From positions 20,734,999 through 20,798,998 of the forward strand of contig NC_068983.1 in NCBI RefSeq assembly GCF_001194135.2: 64,000 nucleotides of DNA. The letters run 5' to 3'. The position numbers were made by a program, and so were the translations under genes. Numbering within the stretch: the stretch's first letter is position 1; the number at the start of each line of letters is the position of its first letter. Origin of the DNA: Octopus bimaculoides (taxonomy: Eukaryota). Under the pieces are notes generated by a model. It saw nothing but the letters and a program-made list of their open reading frames with translations. It was not told the origin of the DNA and ran no database searches. Below are positions 1 through 11,135 of this stretch, one piece after another.

Positions 1-463
1 TGTGCCTATGCACATGTAAGGGATGGGGAATATAACTGATGTCAAGGAGATTTCCTTATCCACTAAGATTGGATATTCTAAATTTTTGGAAATGTTAAAT
101 TGAATAGAAAAGAACTTGCTTAAGGTGCCGAAAATCATGTTTAACATCCAAGTGTTGTCGCAAAAAAAACATTCATTCAAAATTCAAGAAATAGTTGAGC
201 CACATGAAATTTAAACGTTTGCAAAAGCAGAAGTGCGAAGACCACCATCAAGTATGCTAGACAAACCGTAAGTCAACAACGTAAGACGAACAACGTTGGC
301 AGAAACCGACTAAGAAAGATATCTTTTCCAGTAGCTAGCCTCGTTTGCAGACTGTGAGAATACATGGATCTAACAGTTTGATTAACGGAGGGTTGTAAGC
401 AGGTTCTCCGCTAAAATTATTGAGCTCTCTTTTGTTTTTTTTTCTTCGCATTATCGTGTACAT

Positions 464-834
464 GTTGGCACTCCGTCGCTTACGACGTCGAGGGTTCCAG
501 TTGATCCGATCAACGGAACAGCCTGCTCGTGAAATTAACATGCAAGTGGCTGAGAACTCCACAGACACGCGTACCCTTAACGTAGTTCTCGGGGATATTC
601 AGCGTGATCAGGCTGACCCTTTGAATTACAGGCACAACAGAAACAGGAAGTAAGAGTGAGAGAAAGTTGTGGTGGAAGAGTACAGCAGGGTTCGCCACCA
701 TCCCCTGCTGGAGCCTCGTGGAGCTTTAGGTGTTTTCGCTCAATAAACACTTACAACGCCCGGTCTGGGAATCGATACCGCGATCCTATGACCGCTAGTC
801 CGCTGCCCTAACCACTGGGCCATTGCGCCTCCAC
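464..834 (-). mobile_element. tRNA-derived SINE, family A, full length with 11-bp TSD
   Basis: Minus-strand head GTGGAGGCGCAATGGCCCAGTGGTTAGG (box A-like) ... GGTATCGATTCCC (box B-like). Homologous to 35433-35790. TSD ATCGTGTACAT at 453-463 and 835-845. Confidence 0.92.
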
Positions 835-1751
835 ATCGTGTACATAGCAATACTAATACACTACAGCTTACCAATTTACTTACACACACACACATACATT
901 CTCTCTCTCACTCACAAACACATGCATATAGTTTATGTATAAGACTGCATACGTATCTTATCAGTAACATAATATGTCTATTCGTTTTCATTTATTGATG
1001 TTTTGCCTGTATTAATGAAGATACGTGCTAAATTCAAAGCTGATTCGTTAAGAGCTAATCTGATTTTTTTTCTTTTACTCAATTGATGAAAGTGATTTTT
1101 ATTAAAATAATGAAAACGTTACATGGAATAAACCAAATGAGCAAAGGCGGGTAGGATGGTGAAATGAAATCAAATGATATCGCATTTTCATTCTTATTCA
1201 GAAAAAATGTATTGCTTGGAATTGAAACTAGTTCAAAATTAGCTACTAGACATCTACTTAGTTAAGCAGTTATTGAAGCATGAGAGAACGATTTGAGAGA
1301 GAGGGATGACATTTCCAGACAGCTGAAGTGTGTGTCATTTGATATAACAAAAACAACGCACTTTCTTCTTTCTTGTCGGTGTGTATTAGTTAGCAGGAGA
1401 ACAAATAGAGCAAACTCTGGTTCATATGACTAATTTCTGTGGAGAAACAGTTCGTTAGAGATAAAAAACTACGTGTTTTATGAAAGAGAGTTTATGAACC
1501 ATCTGGGTAGCTGATGTTTTCTTGTTATAGTCTCTGTCTATCTCAGTATTTGACTTCACCTCGCTTTGTCACTCTGATACACAAATAGTAGACATCCATC
1601 AGACTACTCCGACCACCACCACCACCACCAAAAACTACCACCACTATTATCAGTGTCTCGTATATTTATGATGTATATTATGTTTGTGTGAGTAACTGAG
1701 TATTTAAAAGCTAATGCATATTTGCAGCCAATATATAATATGCACCCTATA

Positions 1752-1977
1752 AGGTGGCGGTCTGGTAGAAACGTTAGCTTGCTGGGCGAAATGCTTAGCG
1801 GTATTTCGTCTGTCTTTACGTTCTGAGTTCAAATTCCACCGAGGTCGACTTTGCCTTTTGAGATCGATAAATCAAGTACCAGTTACACACTGGGGTCGAT
1901 GTAATCGACTTAATCCCTTTGTCTGTCCTTGTTTGCCCCCTGTATGTTTAACCCCGTGTGGGCAATAATGAAATAAG
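1752..1977 (+). mobile_element. SINE family B with Tx1-like 3' tail
   Basis: Head AAGGTGGCGGTCTGGTAGAAACGTTAGC, box B-like GAGTTCAAATTCC, core GAGGTCGACTTTGCC, tail TTTGTCTGTCCTTGTTTG...GAAATAAG. Many homologues in the window. Confidence 0.9.
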
Positions 1978-2248
1978 AAACATTAGCCTTGAAAGGTTTT
2001 TAGTTGAATAAATAAACCCCAGGACTTCTATTTTGAGATTAGTAACTTAGCGGTTCGGCAATAGGGTTCAATAGAATAAATACTAGGCTTACACGATGAG
2101 TTAGCATTATAATTTTCTTTTTAGCCTAGTACTTATTCTATTGACTTCTTTTACCGACTCAAACGTTTAATTGAAGATAGAGTAACAAATTTATTTTAAT
2201 TATATAGACATTGTCAACTTTTTTTGTTTGAAAAACGTAAAAGAAAGA

Positions 2249-2368
<120 letters not shown>

Positions 2369-4057
2369 AGTATCTTTGTGCTGATGTATTTAAAAGTTAT
2401 TTGTATTTTTTCAGTTAACTGAGTATGTATTTCCCACTCTTCGTTTTTTGCGTATTCGGGGGACGGGGGTAAAAGCGCGAATCCTGCACAGAATTGTTTG
2501 TTTTAGTACTAAACATCAACACCAACACCCTTCTATTTCGGGTGTATTTCCTGCAAAACAAAGCTTACATTCCTTAGATTTCATGAATGGTACATTACTG
2601 TATTTTTTTAACTATGTCACGATACTACGAACTGCGACTCCATTTATTTGCTATAAATTTTGTCCTACTTTTTTGGCTACGAGATATTTTTGTTTCGTGT
2701 TCGTGCGTGGGTATTAATCTTTTAATTTCGATAAAAAATAACATTTTCGATATTACAACAAATAAAAGTATATAGTATCACTAGCCAAATAGGTGAGAAG
2801 CACTCCCTGTCCTTTCCTTAAACGTTTGAATATTATATCTTAAATAACTGATAAACATGCAATATCACTCATTCTCTCTCACTCTCTTTCTCTCTATATA
2901 CATGTGTGTATGTGTGTGAGTGAGTATTTGTATCGTTTATGTTATTTTTCCTCTAGTGCATGTATGTTTATGTTTATGTTTAACGTTAGAATATAATATT
3001 AACATCGATATATCCGTATAGATAACTTTGTGCAATAAGAGAGTCTTTGTGTTGCATATATTTGTTCTATAATATTTTAGATTTCTTTTACCATTCTATT
3101 CATAAGCTAGCATATTTTCTGATAATGAAAATGTTCACGAAACTGAAAATGTTATCAAACAAAAGTTAGCATTGTACTTAACAGATAACCTGTGTGCTGT
3201 AAGACAATATCAATACTACTAACAAACAAAAAATAATCACATCATTTATTTTTTTCGTACAAACACACAAAATGCATACATACATTCACAACACGGACGC
3301 GTACACTTGCGTGCGTATGTGCACACTTTTGCACTGATGTATATAAAGTAGGCGTACACCTAATTATACAGTAACTAGTATATATGTGTGAGTGTGTGTC
3401 ATGGATAAACAGATATGTATGTATGTACGTATGTGTATGGATTACGCTTCTTGATGGGAATTTTCATATATCACGAAATCATGAATAACTACCGTCAGAA
3501 TTTCAGTCAATTTCAAATATTTCGACAGTTATACCTTACATTCTACGAACCGTATCACCATATATAGCAAATGTAATTTCTTCATGCTTGCTGCAGGTAC
3601 AGACTCAATAATTAAAGGATATCGTTTCAGCAGGTCCTTGTAAATTTTACACCAAGTTTTCTGATTCTAAACAAGATGCGTGCACGTTTATTCACAATCT
3701 ATTGACTAAAGAGGTCGCAGAAGTTTCTTAATGTAAATCATATGTTTCTTTCAGAATTTTATAGTTTTGGAGTTCTTATTGCTTGCAGCAATTTGAATTA
3801 TAGAGGCTTTATTTGCCCAACTTTTCGTTCTAGATTTCCATATATTTTGTCAATAAAAATATTGGAGCGACTTATGTTCCTAGATTGAATTCTGTTGACT
3901 TTGTGATGAAATATTTCATATTTGCCTCAAGCGAAGTTTGGAAAAGCTAATGTTTCGTTTTCAATCCTTTTATTTTCTTTTTCGAAAACCAACTACTCTT
4001 TCAGAAATTTCGATATATATATATATANNNNNNNNNNNNNNNNNNNNNNNNNNNNNN

Positions 4058-4096
<39 letters not shown>

Positions 4097-4346
4097 TTGT
4101 CTTAAAATATGATCCTTGTTATTTTCATCAAGTTCTCTGTGCTGATTGACAGCTTCAGCAAAATGCGCCTTAATTTCTGTAGGTTTAAGTTCGGATACAT
4201 CTCAGCGGTGGAGAGAAGTTTATTTCACCAAACGAGACCGTGGTCGTTCTAACATTTAGTAACATTTAGTACACCTCATAGCAAAGACAATGTGAGGGTC
4301 TGTGAAATAAAAGTGATGTATTTATATTATTATAATCTACCATATT

Positions 4347-4565
4347 AAGGCGGTGAGCTAGCAGAATCGTTACAATGTCGTGCAAAATGCTTAGCGGCAC
4401 ATATCATCCATCTATACGTTCGTTCTGAGTTCACATTCCACCAAAGTCGACTTTGTCTTCCATCTTTCAGATTCGATAAAGTAAATACTTGTTGAGTGCT
4501 AGGTCAATGTAATCGAGCATACCTCTATCTCGAAATTGTTGGTTTTGTGCCAACATTTGAAACGA
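4347..4565 (+). mobile_element. SINE family B, diverged
   Basis: AAGGCGGTGAGCTAGCAGAATCGTT head, GTCGACTTTGTCTTCCATC core, tail TTTTGTGCCAACATTTGAAAC. Confidence 0.85.
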
Positions 4566-5346
4566 AAAGAAAGGAAACATCATAATGCCACGTGCTAGCC
4601 GCTAGAGTGAATTTATTTATAAGAACATTTGTACATTTTGACGATGTTTAATTCATTGGCTAAGGTGTTAGAGCTGAGGTCTATTGATATTTAAGCTTAT
4701 GATACTAAATAGTTCCCTGTCCTATGATCACACCCACCTCTTGATGTGAAATCACCCAGAAGAATAATCCTACCATCCTTTCATAAGACGCTTACGGATT
4801 GTTTAAGATCACAGCAAAAGGGCAGTTACTTTATTCTCAGAATGACTCATGTTACGGTACTTAAAGTGGGAGGCGGAAAGAAATTAAGCTCTCCGGCTTG
4901 TGAAAAGGGATTCGTAAATCTTTTTGAATTCATGCTTCTGTTGCACAGCCCATTTCATTATCTCTTCTCTCTTTCTAATATGATTTCCTTTACAGAAAAA
5001 TATAAATCCATAAATCTTTCCGTTTGTCCATCACCAGAAAGACGATTTTCGTAAGAGACCTACACAGTATATGCCTTACGGAGATAATTATTGGCGATCA
5101 GAGCAGTTAGGCCTTTTACACTTAGTTCTTTACTGCACTTTCATTCTTCACAAATCTTTGTATTATTACAGCACTCTACTTTCATGCTAGAATATAAAAA
5201 TGATGCTTTCTGCCTGGTTGTGAATACGATTATTTCTGATGCTCATTTTTGTATTTATCATATAAATGATGCTTCCTCCGCCTTTCAAAGACCTTCGTAT
5301 CAAAATGTATTCTAAACCAAACAATACTTTGTGTGTGTGTGTGTAT

Positions 5347-5389
<43 letters not shown>

Positions 5390-5880
5390 NNNNNNNNNNN
5401 NNNNNNNNNNNNNNNNNNNNNNNNNNNNNNNNNNNNNNNNNNNNNNNNNNNNNNNNNNNNNNNNNNNNNNNNNNNNNNNNNNNNNNNNNNNNNNNNNNNN
5501 NNNNNNNNNNNNNNNNNNNNNNNNNNNNNNNNNNNNNNNNNNNNNNNNNNNNNNNNNNNNNNNNNNNNNNNNNNNNNNNNNNNNNNNNNNNNNNNNNNNN
5601 NNNNNNNNNNNNNNNNNNNNNNNNNNNNNNNNNNNNNNNNNNNNNNNNNNNNNNNNNNNNNNNNNNNNNNNNNNNNNNNNNNNNNNNNNNNNNNNNNNNN
5701 NNNNNNNNNNNNNNNNNNNNNNNNNNNNNNNNNNNNNNNNNNNNNNNNNNNNNNNNNNNNNNNNNNNNNNNNNNNNNNNNNNNNNNNNNNNNNNNNNNNN
5801 NNNNNNNNNNNNNNNNNNNNNNNNNNNNGTGACGATAAACACATAGAAAAAGATACACACGCACGCATATATATATATAC

Positions 5881-6016
5881 ATATACTACAGGCTTCTTTC
5901 AGTTTCCGTCTACCAAATCCACTCACAAAGCTTTGGTCGGCCCGAGGCAGAAGACACTTATCTAAGGTCTCACGCAGCGGGATTGGACCCGGAACCATAT
6001 GGTTTAGAAGCAAGCT
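5881..6016 (-). mobile_element. SINE family C, 3' part of a copy split by a LINE
   Basis: GGCTTCTTTCAGTTTCCGTCTACCAAATCCACTCACAAAG matches 45986-46030. The missing first ~28 nt of the head are at 7873-7901. Confidence 0.85.
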
Positions 6017-7872
6017 TCTTTATTTCATTAAATATTGGCCATTAAGGCCTTACAAAGAGGGGACAAACAAGGACAGACAAACGTAAAGAAGCTGCGGGCT
6101 GGACACGGACATTAATGAGATGAGGGTGATAACATAACAAAATGAAAAATGGGAGGGGCACCGGCGCCCAACGACCGATAACCCCTCGAATACATTGTTC
6201 AAGCTCAATATTTATAATCATCAATGCCTTTCAAGAAGGCCCTCCGCTGCACGCAGGCAGCTCTCCATATTCATTTCAGCCTCCGTGCTGATGCACACAT
6301 ATGAGCGGCCGCCACAATCGGCCTCCACCCTAGCACGGACGCTGTTGGTTACCACTGCTGCGGCCACCTGCTGGGGCCACCTCGAACTGCTCTCGCAAGC
6401 CGAGACGAACCTCTCTTTATATTCAAAGTTTAAGCGTTCTTCCACCTCTCCACCTCTGAGGTANNNNNNNNNNNNNNNNNNNNNNNNNNNNNNNNNNNNN
6501 NNNNNNNNNNNNNNNNNNNNNNNNNNNNNNNNNNNNNNNNNNNNNNNNNNNNNNNNNNNNNNNNNNNNNNNNNNNNNNNNNNNNNNNNNNNNNNNNNNNN
6601 NNNNNNNNNNNNNNNNNNNNNNNNNNNNNNNNNNNNNNNNNNNNNNNNNNNNNNNNNNNNNNNNNNNNNNNNNNNNNNNNNNNNNNNNNNNNNNNNNNNN
6701 NNNNNNNNNNNNNNNNNNNNNNNNNNNNNNNNNNNNNNNNNNNNNNNNNNNNNNNNNNNNNNNNNNNNNNNNNNNNNNNNNNNNNNNNNNNNNNNNNNNN
6801 NNNNNNNNNNNNNNNNNNNNNNNNNNNNNNNNNNNNNNNNNNNNNNNNNNNNNNNNNNNNNNNNNNNNNNNNNNNNNNNNNNNNNNNNNNNNNNNNNNNN
6901 NNNNNNNNNNNNNNNNNNNNNNNNNNNNNNNNNNNNNNNNNNNNNNNNNNNNNNNNNNNNNNNNNNNNNNNNNNNNNNNNNNNNNNNNNNNNNNNNNNNN
7001 NNNNNNNNNNNNNNNNNNNNNNNNNNNNNNNNNNNNNNNNNNNNNNNNNNNNNNNNNNNNNNNNNNNNNNNNNNNNNNNNNNNNNNNNNNNNNNNNNNNN
7101 NNNNNNNNNNNNNNNNNNNNNNNNNNNNNNNNNNNNNNNNNNNNNNNNNNNNNNNNNNNNNNNNNNNNNNNNNNNNNNNNNNNNNNNNNNNNNNNNNNNN
7201 NNNNNNNNNNNNNNNNNNNNNNNNNNNNNNNNNNNNNNNNNNNNNNNNNNNNNNNNNNNNNNNNNNNNNNNNNNNNNNNNNNNNNNNNNNNNNNNNNNNN
7301 NNNNNNNNNNNNNNNNNNNNNNNNNNNNNNNNNNNNNNNNNNNNNNNNNNNNNNNNNNNNNNNNNNNNNNNNNNNNNNNNNNNNNNNNNNNNNNNNNAGG
7401 GCCTTATCACGGCCCTGGGGGCAGTTCTTTTTAATATGGCCAGGCTCCAGGCACTGGTGACACTTGAGGGGGGGGGGCGTCCCTTAAGGATCACGGGGTA
7501 CCTTTGACCCGCCATCCTCAGAAAATCTGGGAAAACCAGATCTTTAGCTGATTGGGTCCATATGGTCAACACAGCTTTCGACCCAACCCAATTAGCTGAA
7601 GACAGAATTTTCACATAAAAGAGCCTGGATCCGCTGTCACCCACCCCCTGGCGGATAGTGTCTTCTATCCACTCAGGCTCTATGCCGAGTGGCAGCCCAC
7701 AAATCCAAGCTCGTGTCAGTTTCTTCCCACAGTAAGTGGAGAGAAACAAGATATCCTGCCCTACAATGGGCTGGCTCGCAAATTTGAGAGCCACTTCCGG
7801 GGTGTCAAATAGCAACCAAATTGTTTATAACCCCTGGCTATAAACTTAATGGTGGGTAAATGCTCCACCAAT
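6017..7872 (-). mobile_element. Tx1/L1-clade non-LTR retrotransposon, 5'-truncated, interior in assembly gap
   Basis: GC-richer block with ORF1-like coding sequence (7398-7872) and an ORF2-end/3'UTR-like segment (6017-6463), separated by a 934-N gap. Family-C SINE sequence lies on both sides. Confidence 0.75.
7398..7815 (-). pseudogene. LINE ORF1 (gag-like) fragment with CCHC zinc knuckle, frameshifted
   Basis: LLFDTPEVALKF...MAGQRYPVILKGRPP. After a frameshift in the G10 run (7468-7477) it reads KCHQCLEPGHIKKNCPQ, a CX2CX4HX4C knuckle at 7421-7462, typical of Tx1/L1-type ORF1. Confidence 0.8.
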
Positions 7873-7901
7873 TCTCTTACCACATAACCACTTCTGCGCC
7901 T
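7873..7901 (-). mobile_element. SINE family C head (5' part of the split copy)
   Basis: Minus strand AGGCGCAGAAGTGGTTATGTGGTAAGAGA matches the family C head, e.g. AGGCGTAGGAGTGGCTGTGTGGTAA at 20419-20443. Confidence 0.8.
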
Positions 7902-7953
7902 ACACACACACACACACAGACACTATGTATGTATGTATATATATCTATCTATC

Positions 7954-8005
<52 letters not shown>

Positions 8006-8492
8006 CACACTCACACAATATATTAACCATGTCATTTATTAATTATGCCATTTTATTTTTTCATTTATTTTGATGCTACTAAAAAGCAGAGAAACTTCGA
8101 TGATATATAGTCATCCATGCATACACAAATATTTGGATACGTGTATGCACACACAGCTAAATTTCCTCCAGGATTTGTTTTCTCTTATTGAAAAAAATCA
8201 CCCCAAATTTTTTTTAAGATTTGATAACAATATATATTTTTTCTGCAATAAAATCATTCTCTTATACAAGTGTGTCGATCATAACTTTGTGCAAATGATG
8301 TTGTTTGCTGTTTATGTTTAAATTCCAACATTTTTTCATCATTTATATCTATCATTCAAATGAAATTTTTTATTTTCAAAAAATTGATATCAAAATATAA
8401 TTCAAAACCAAATTATATTGTATGTCTTCCATTTTATTTTATTGTATTATTGTTCAGCAATAGATGGAATAGATTCTAATATTGCATTCACA

Positions 8493-8698
8493 TTGTTATA
8501 CAAGGCCAATAATTTCGAGGGAAGGAGCAAGTCGATTCTATTGAATCCTGTGCTCAAATAGTACTTATTTTATCGACCCCGAAATGATGAAAGGTCAAAG
8601 TCAACCTCAGCAGAATTTGAATTCAGAACGTAAAGATAGACGAAATGCTTCTAATCATTTTTCCCAACGTGCTAACAATTCTACTAGCTCCCCGCCTT
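8493..8698 (-). mobile_element. SINE family B
   Basis: TTTATCGACCCCGAAATGATGAAAGGTCAAAGTCAACCTC core; head ends GCTCCCCGCCTT. Confidence 0.85.
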
Positions 8699-8715
8699 GT
8701 ATATATAAATACTAA

Positions 8716-8900
8716 TATTGGTTTCAAAATTTGGCGCAAGGCCAGCGATTTGGGGGAAGGTGATAAGTGGATTGCATCGATCCCTGGATTCAACTGGTAG
8801 TTCTTTTATCGATACCAAAAGGATGGAAGGTAAATCGACCTCGGAGGAATTTGAACTCAGAATGTGAAGACAGACGAAATGTCGCTAAGCTCGCCGCCTT
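8716..8900 (-). mobile_element. SINE family B, head partly deleted
   Basis: ATCGACCTCGGAGGAATTTGAACTCAGAATGTGAAGACAGACGAAATG...GCTCGCCGCCTT. Confidence 0.85.
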
Positions 8901-8925
8901 ACGCGTAGATTCTAATATTAACACC

Positions 8926-9146
8926 AAAGCCGGTGAACTAACTGAATCGATAGCATGTCGACCAGAATGCTTAGCGGTAGTTCGTCCATCTTTTACGTCC
9001 TCAATTCAAATACTGTCGAAGTCGACATTGCCTTTCATTCTTTCCGTGTCCATAAAAAAGCACCAGTTTAGCACTGGGGTAGATGTAATCGACTATCCCA
9101 CTCCATCGCCATTTCCGGCCTTGTGCCTATAGCAGAAAGGAATATT
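8926..9146 (+). mobile_element. SINE family B
   Basis: ATGCTTAGCGGTA...GTCGACATTGCCTTTCAT core; tail GCCTTGTGCCTATAGCAGAAAGGAATATT. Confidence 0.85.
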
Positions 9147-11075
9147 GATAATATTTTATGTATAGTGTGTGAAAATGGGTTGTGAAAACGAGCTTATGTA
9201 TAATCGTTGTTAAACAATTAACGGGCATGTGAATAACCTGCATTAGACTTTCTATATACTACATCCAAATACTGAAGGTAAATATCAAGATGTATATTAG
9301 CAAAGTAACTGGACCATCCTAACTATTTTAAGTAATGCTATTTATATCGATTAACAAAAACATTTTGATCTCCACTCCTATCTTTCTTTACTTGTAAACG
9401 ATTTGTTTCTTCTACTCACGGCAATACTGGACATCTCAATGATCCCAATTATAATAGAATAGATGATTGTCCAGGTGAATGATGAACACAGACATATATG
9501 AATATTGTTTCTTTTAGCCGCAGACTAATTATGTCATGCCCATTTCGATTAAATTTATTTCAATTCTAACATTCCAGGTCCTTTATTTTATTTCTTTTGG
9601 TGCAAAAACAGCAAGGCTAAAACTACATCCTTGACTACGTCCATCACCACTAAGCTGGTAGGGTGTCGTCCTTTAAAACGGATTCCATTGCTATATCTTA
9701 ATGTCTGCCAACCAGGTAATAGTTTCATTGTTAAGTCTACTGATGCTTACTGAGGCAAGAAGTACACCTTTCTGTACATATTTATGTAATATAGTCAAAT
9801 TCATATGAAAGTGGACGAATATATGGCTGACTAGAAAAGTCATCTTTACAAACGTGCTATGAGCTGCTATAGGGTCTTATTCAGTGTTACATAGTGAGAG
9901 GGATTGTTATGTTGATGAAAACTGTGTGGAAGCCCATTGTATACGTCTGTGTTTGTGTGTGTGTGAACATATATGCGTGTATGTGCATATATGTGTGTGT
10001 GTGTGTATGTGTGTAAAAAGGAAGGAGGAGAGGGTTTCGGTAAAAAGATACTTACTCCACAGGGTGCATTATAATTAGCGAGTTATTTTTGAAAGTGATC
10101 TCCTGTGTCCCCCACTCCCTCTCTTTTCTCTCTAATGTATGAATATATATATAAATATATATATATAAATATATATANNNNNNNNNNNNNNNNNNNNNNN
10201 NNNNNNNNNNNNNNNNNNNNNNNNNNNNNNNNNNNNNNNNNNNNNNNNNNNNNNNNNNNNNNNNNNNNNNNNNNNNNNNNNNNNNNNNNNNNNNNNNNNN
10301 NNNNNNNNNNNNNNNNNNNNNNNNNNNNNNNNNNNNNNNNNNNNNNNNNNNNNNNNNNNNNNNNNNNNNNNNNNNNNNNNNNNNNNNNNNNNNNNNNNNN
10401 NNNNNNNNNNNNNNNNNNNNNNNNNNNNNNNNNNNNNNNNNNNNNNNNNNNNNNNNNNNNNNNNNNNNNNNNNNNNNNNNNNNNNNNNNNNNNNNNNNNN
10501 NNNNNNNNNNNNNNNNNNNNNNNNNNNNNNNNNNNNNNNNNNNNNNNNNNNNNNNNNNNNNNNNNNNNNNNNNNNNNNNNNNNNNNNNNNNNNNNNNNNN
10601 NNNNNNNNNNNNNNNNNNNNNNNNNNNNNNNNNNNNNNNNNNNNNNNNNNNNNNNNNNNNNNNNNNNNNNNNNNNNNNNNNNNNNNNNNNNNNNNNNNNN
10701 NNNNNNNNNNNNNNNNNNNNNNNNNNNNNNNNNNNNNNNNNNNNNNNNNNNNNNNNNNNNNNNNNNNNNNNNNNNNNNNNNNNNNNNNNNNNNNNNNNNN
10801 NNNNNNNNNNNNNNNNNNNNNNNNNNNNNNNNNNNNNNNNNNNNNNNNNNNNNNNNNNNNNNNNNNNNNNNNNNNNNNNNNNNNNNNNNNNNNNNNNNNN
10901 NNNNNNNNNNNNNNNNNNNNNNNNNNNNNNNNNNNNNNNNNNNNNNNNNNNNNNNNNNNNNNNNNNNNNNNNNNNNNNNNNNNNNNNNNNNNNNNNNNNN
11001 NNNNNNNNNNNNNNNNNNNNNNNNNNNNNNNNNNNNNNNNNNNNNNNNNNNNNNNNNNNNNNNNNNNNNNNNNNN

Positions 11076-11135
<60 letters not shown>

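Noticed and set aside
420-653. Recurrent ORF LALRRLRRRGFQLIRSTEQPAREIN (also 35609-35854)
   Set aside because: Antisense reading of the family-A SINE tail; no evidence of a protein gene.
760-834. tRNA-like sequences (also at 33745-33814, 35433-35505, 47420-47490)
   Set aside because: They have box A/B-like motifs but run directly into SINE bodies; I see no intact cloverleaf, so they are SINE heads rather than tRNA genes.
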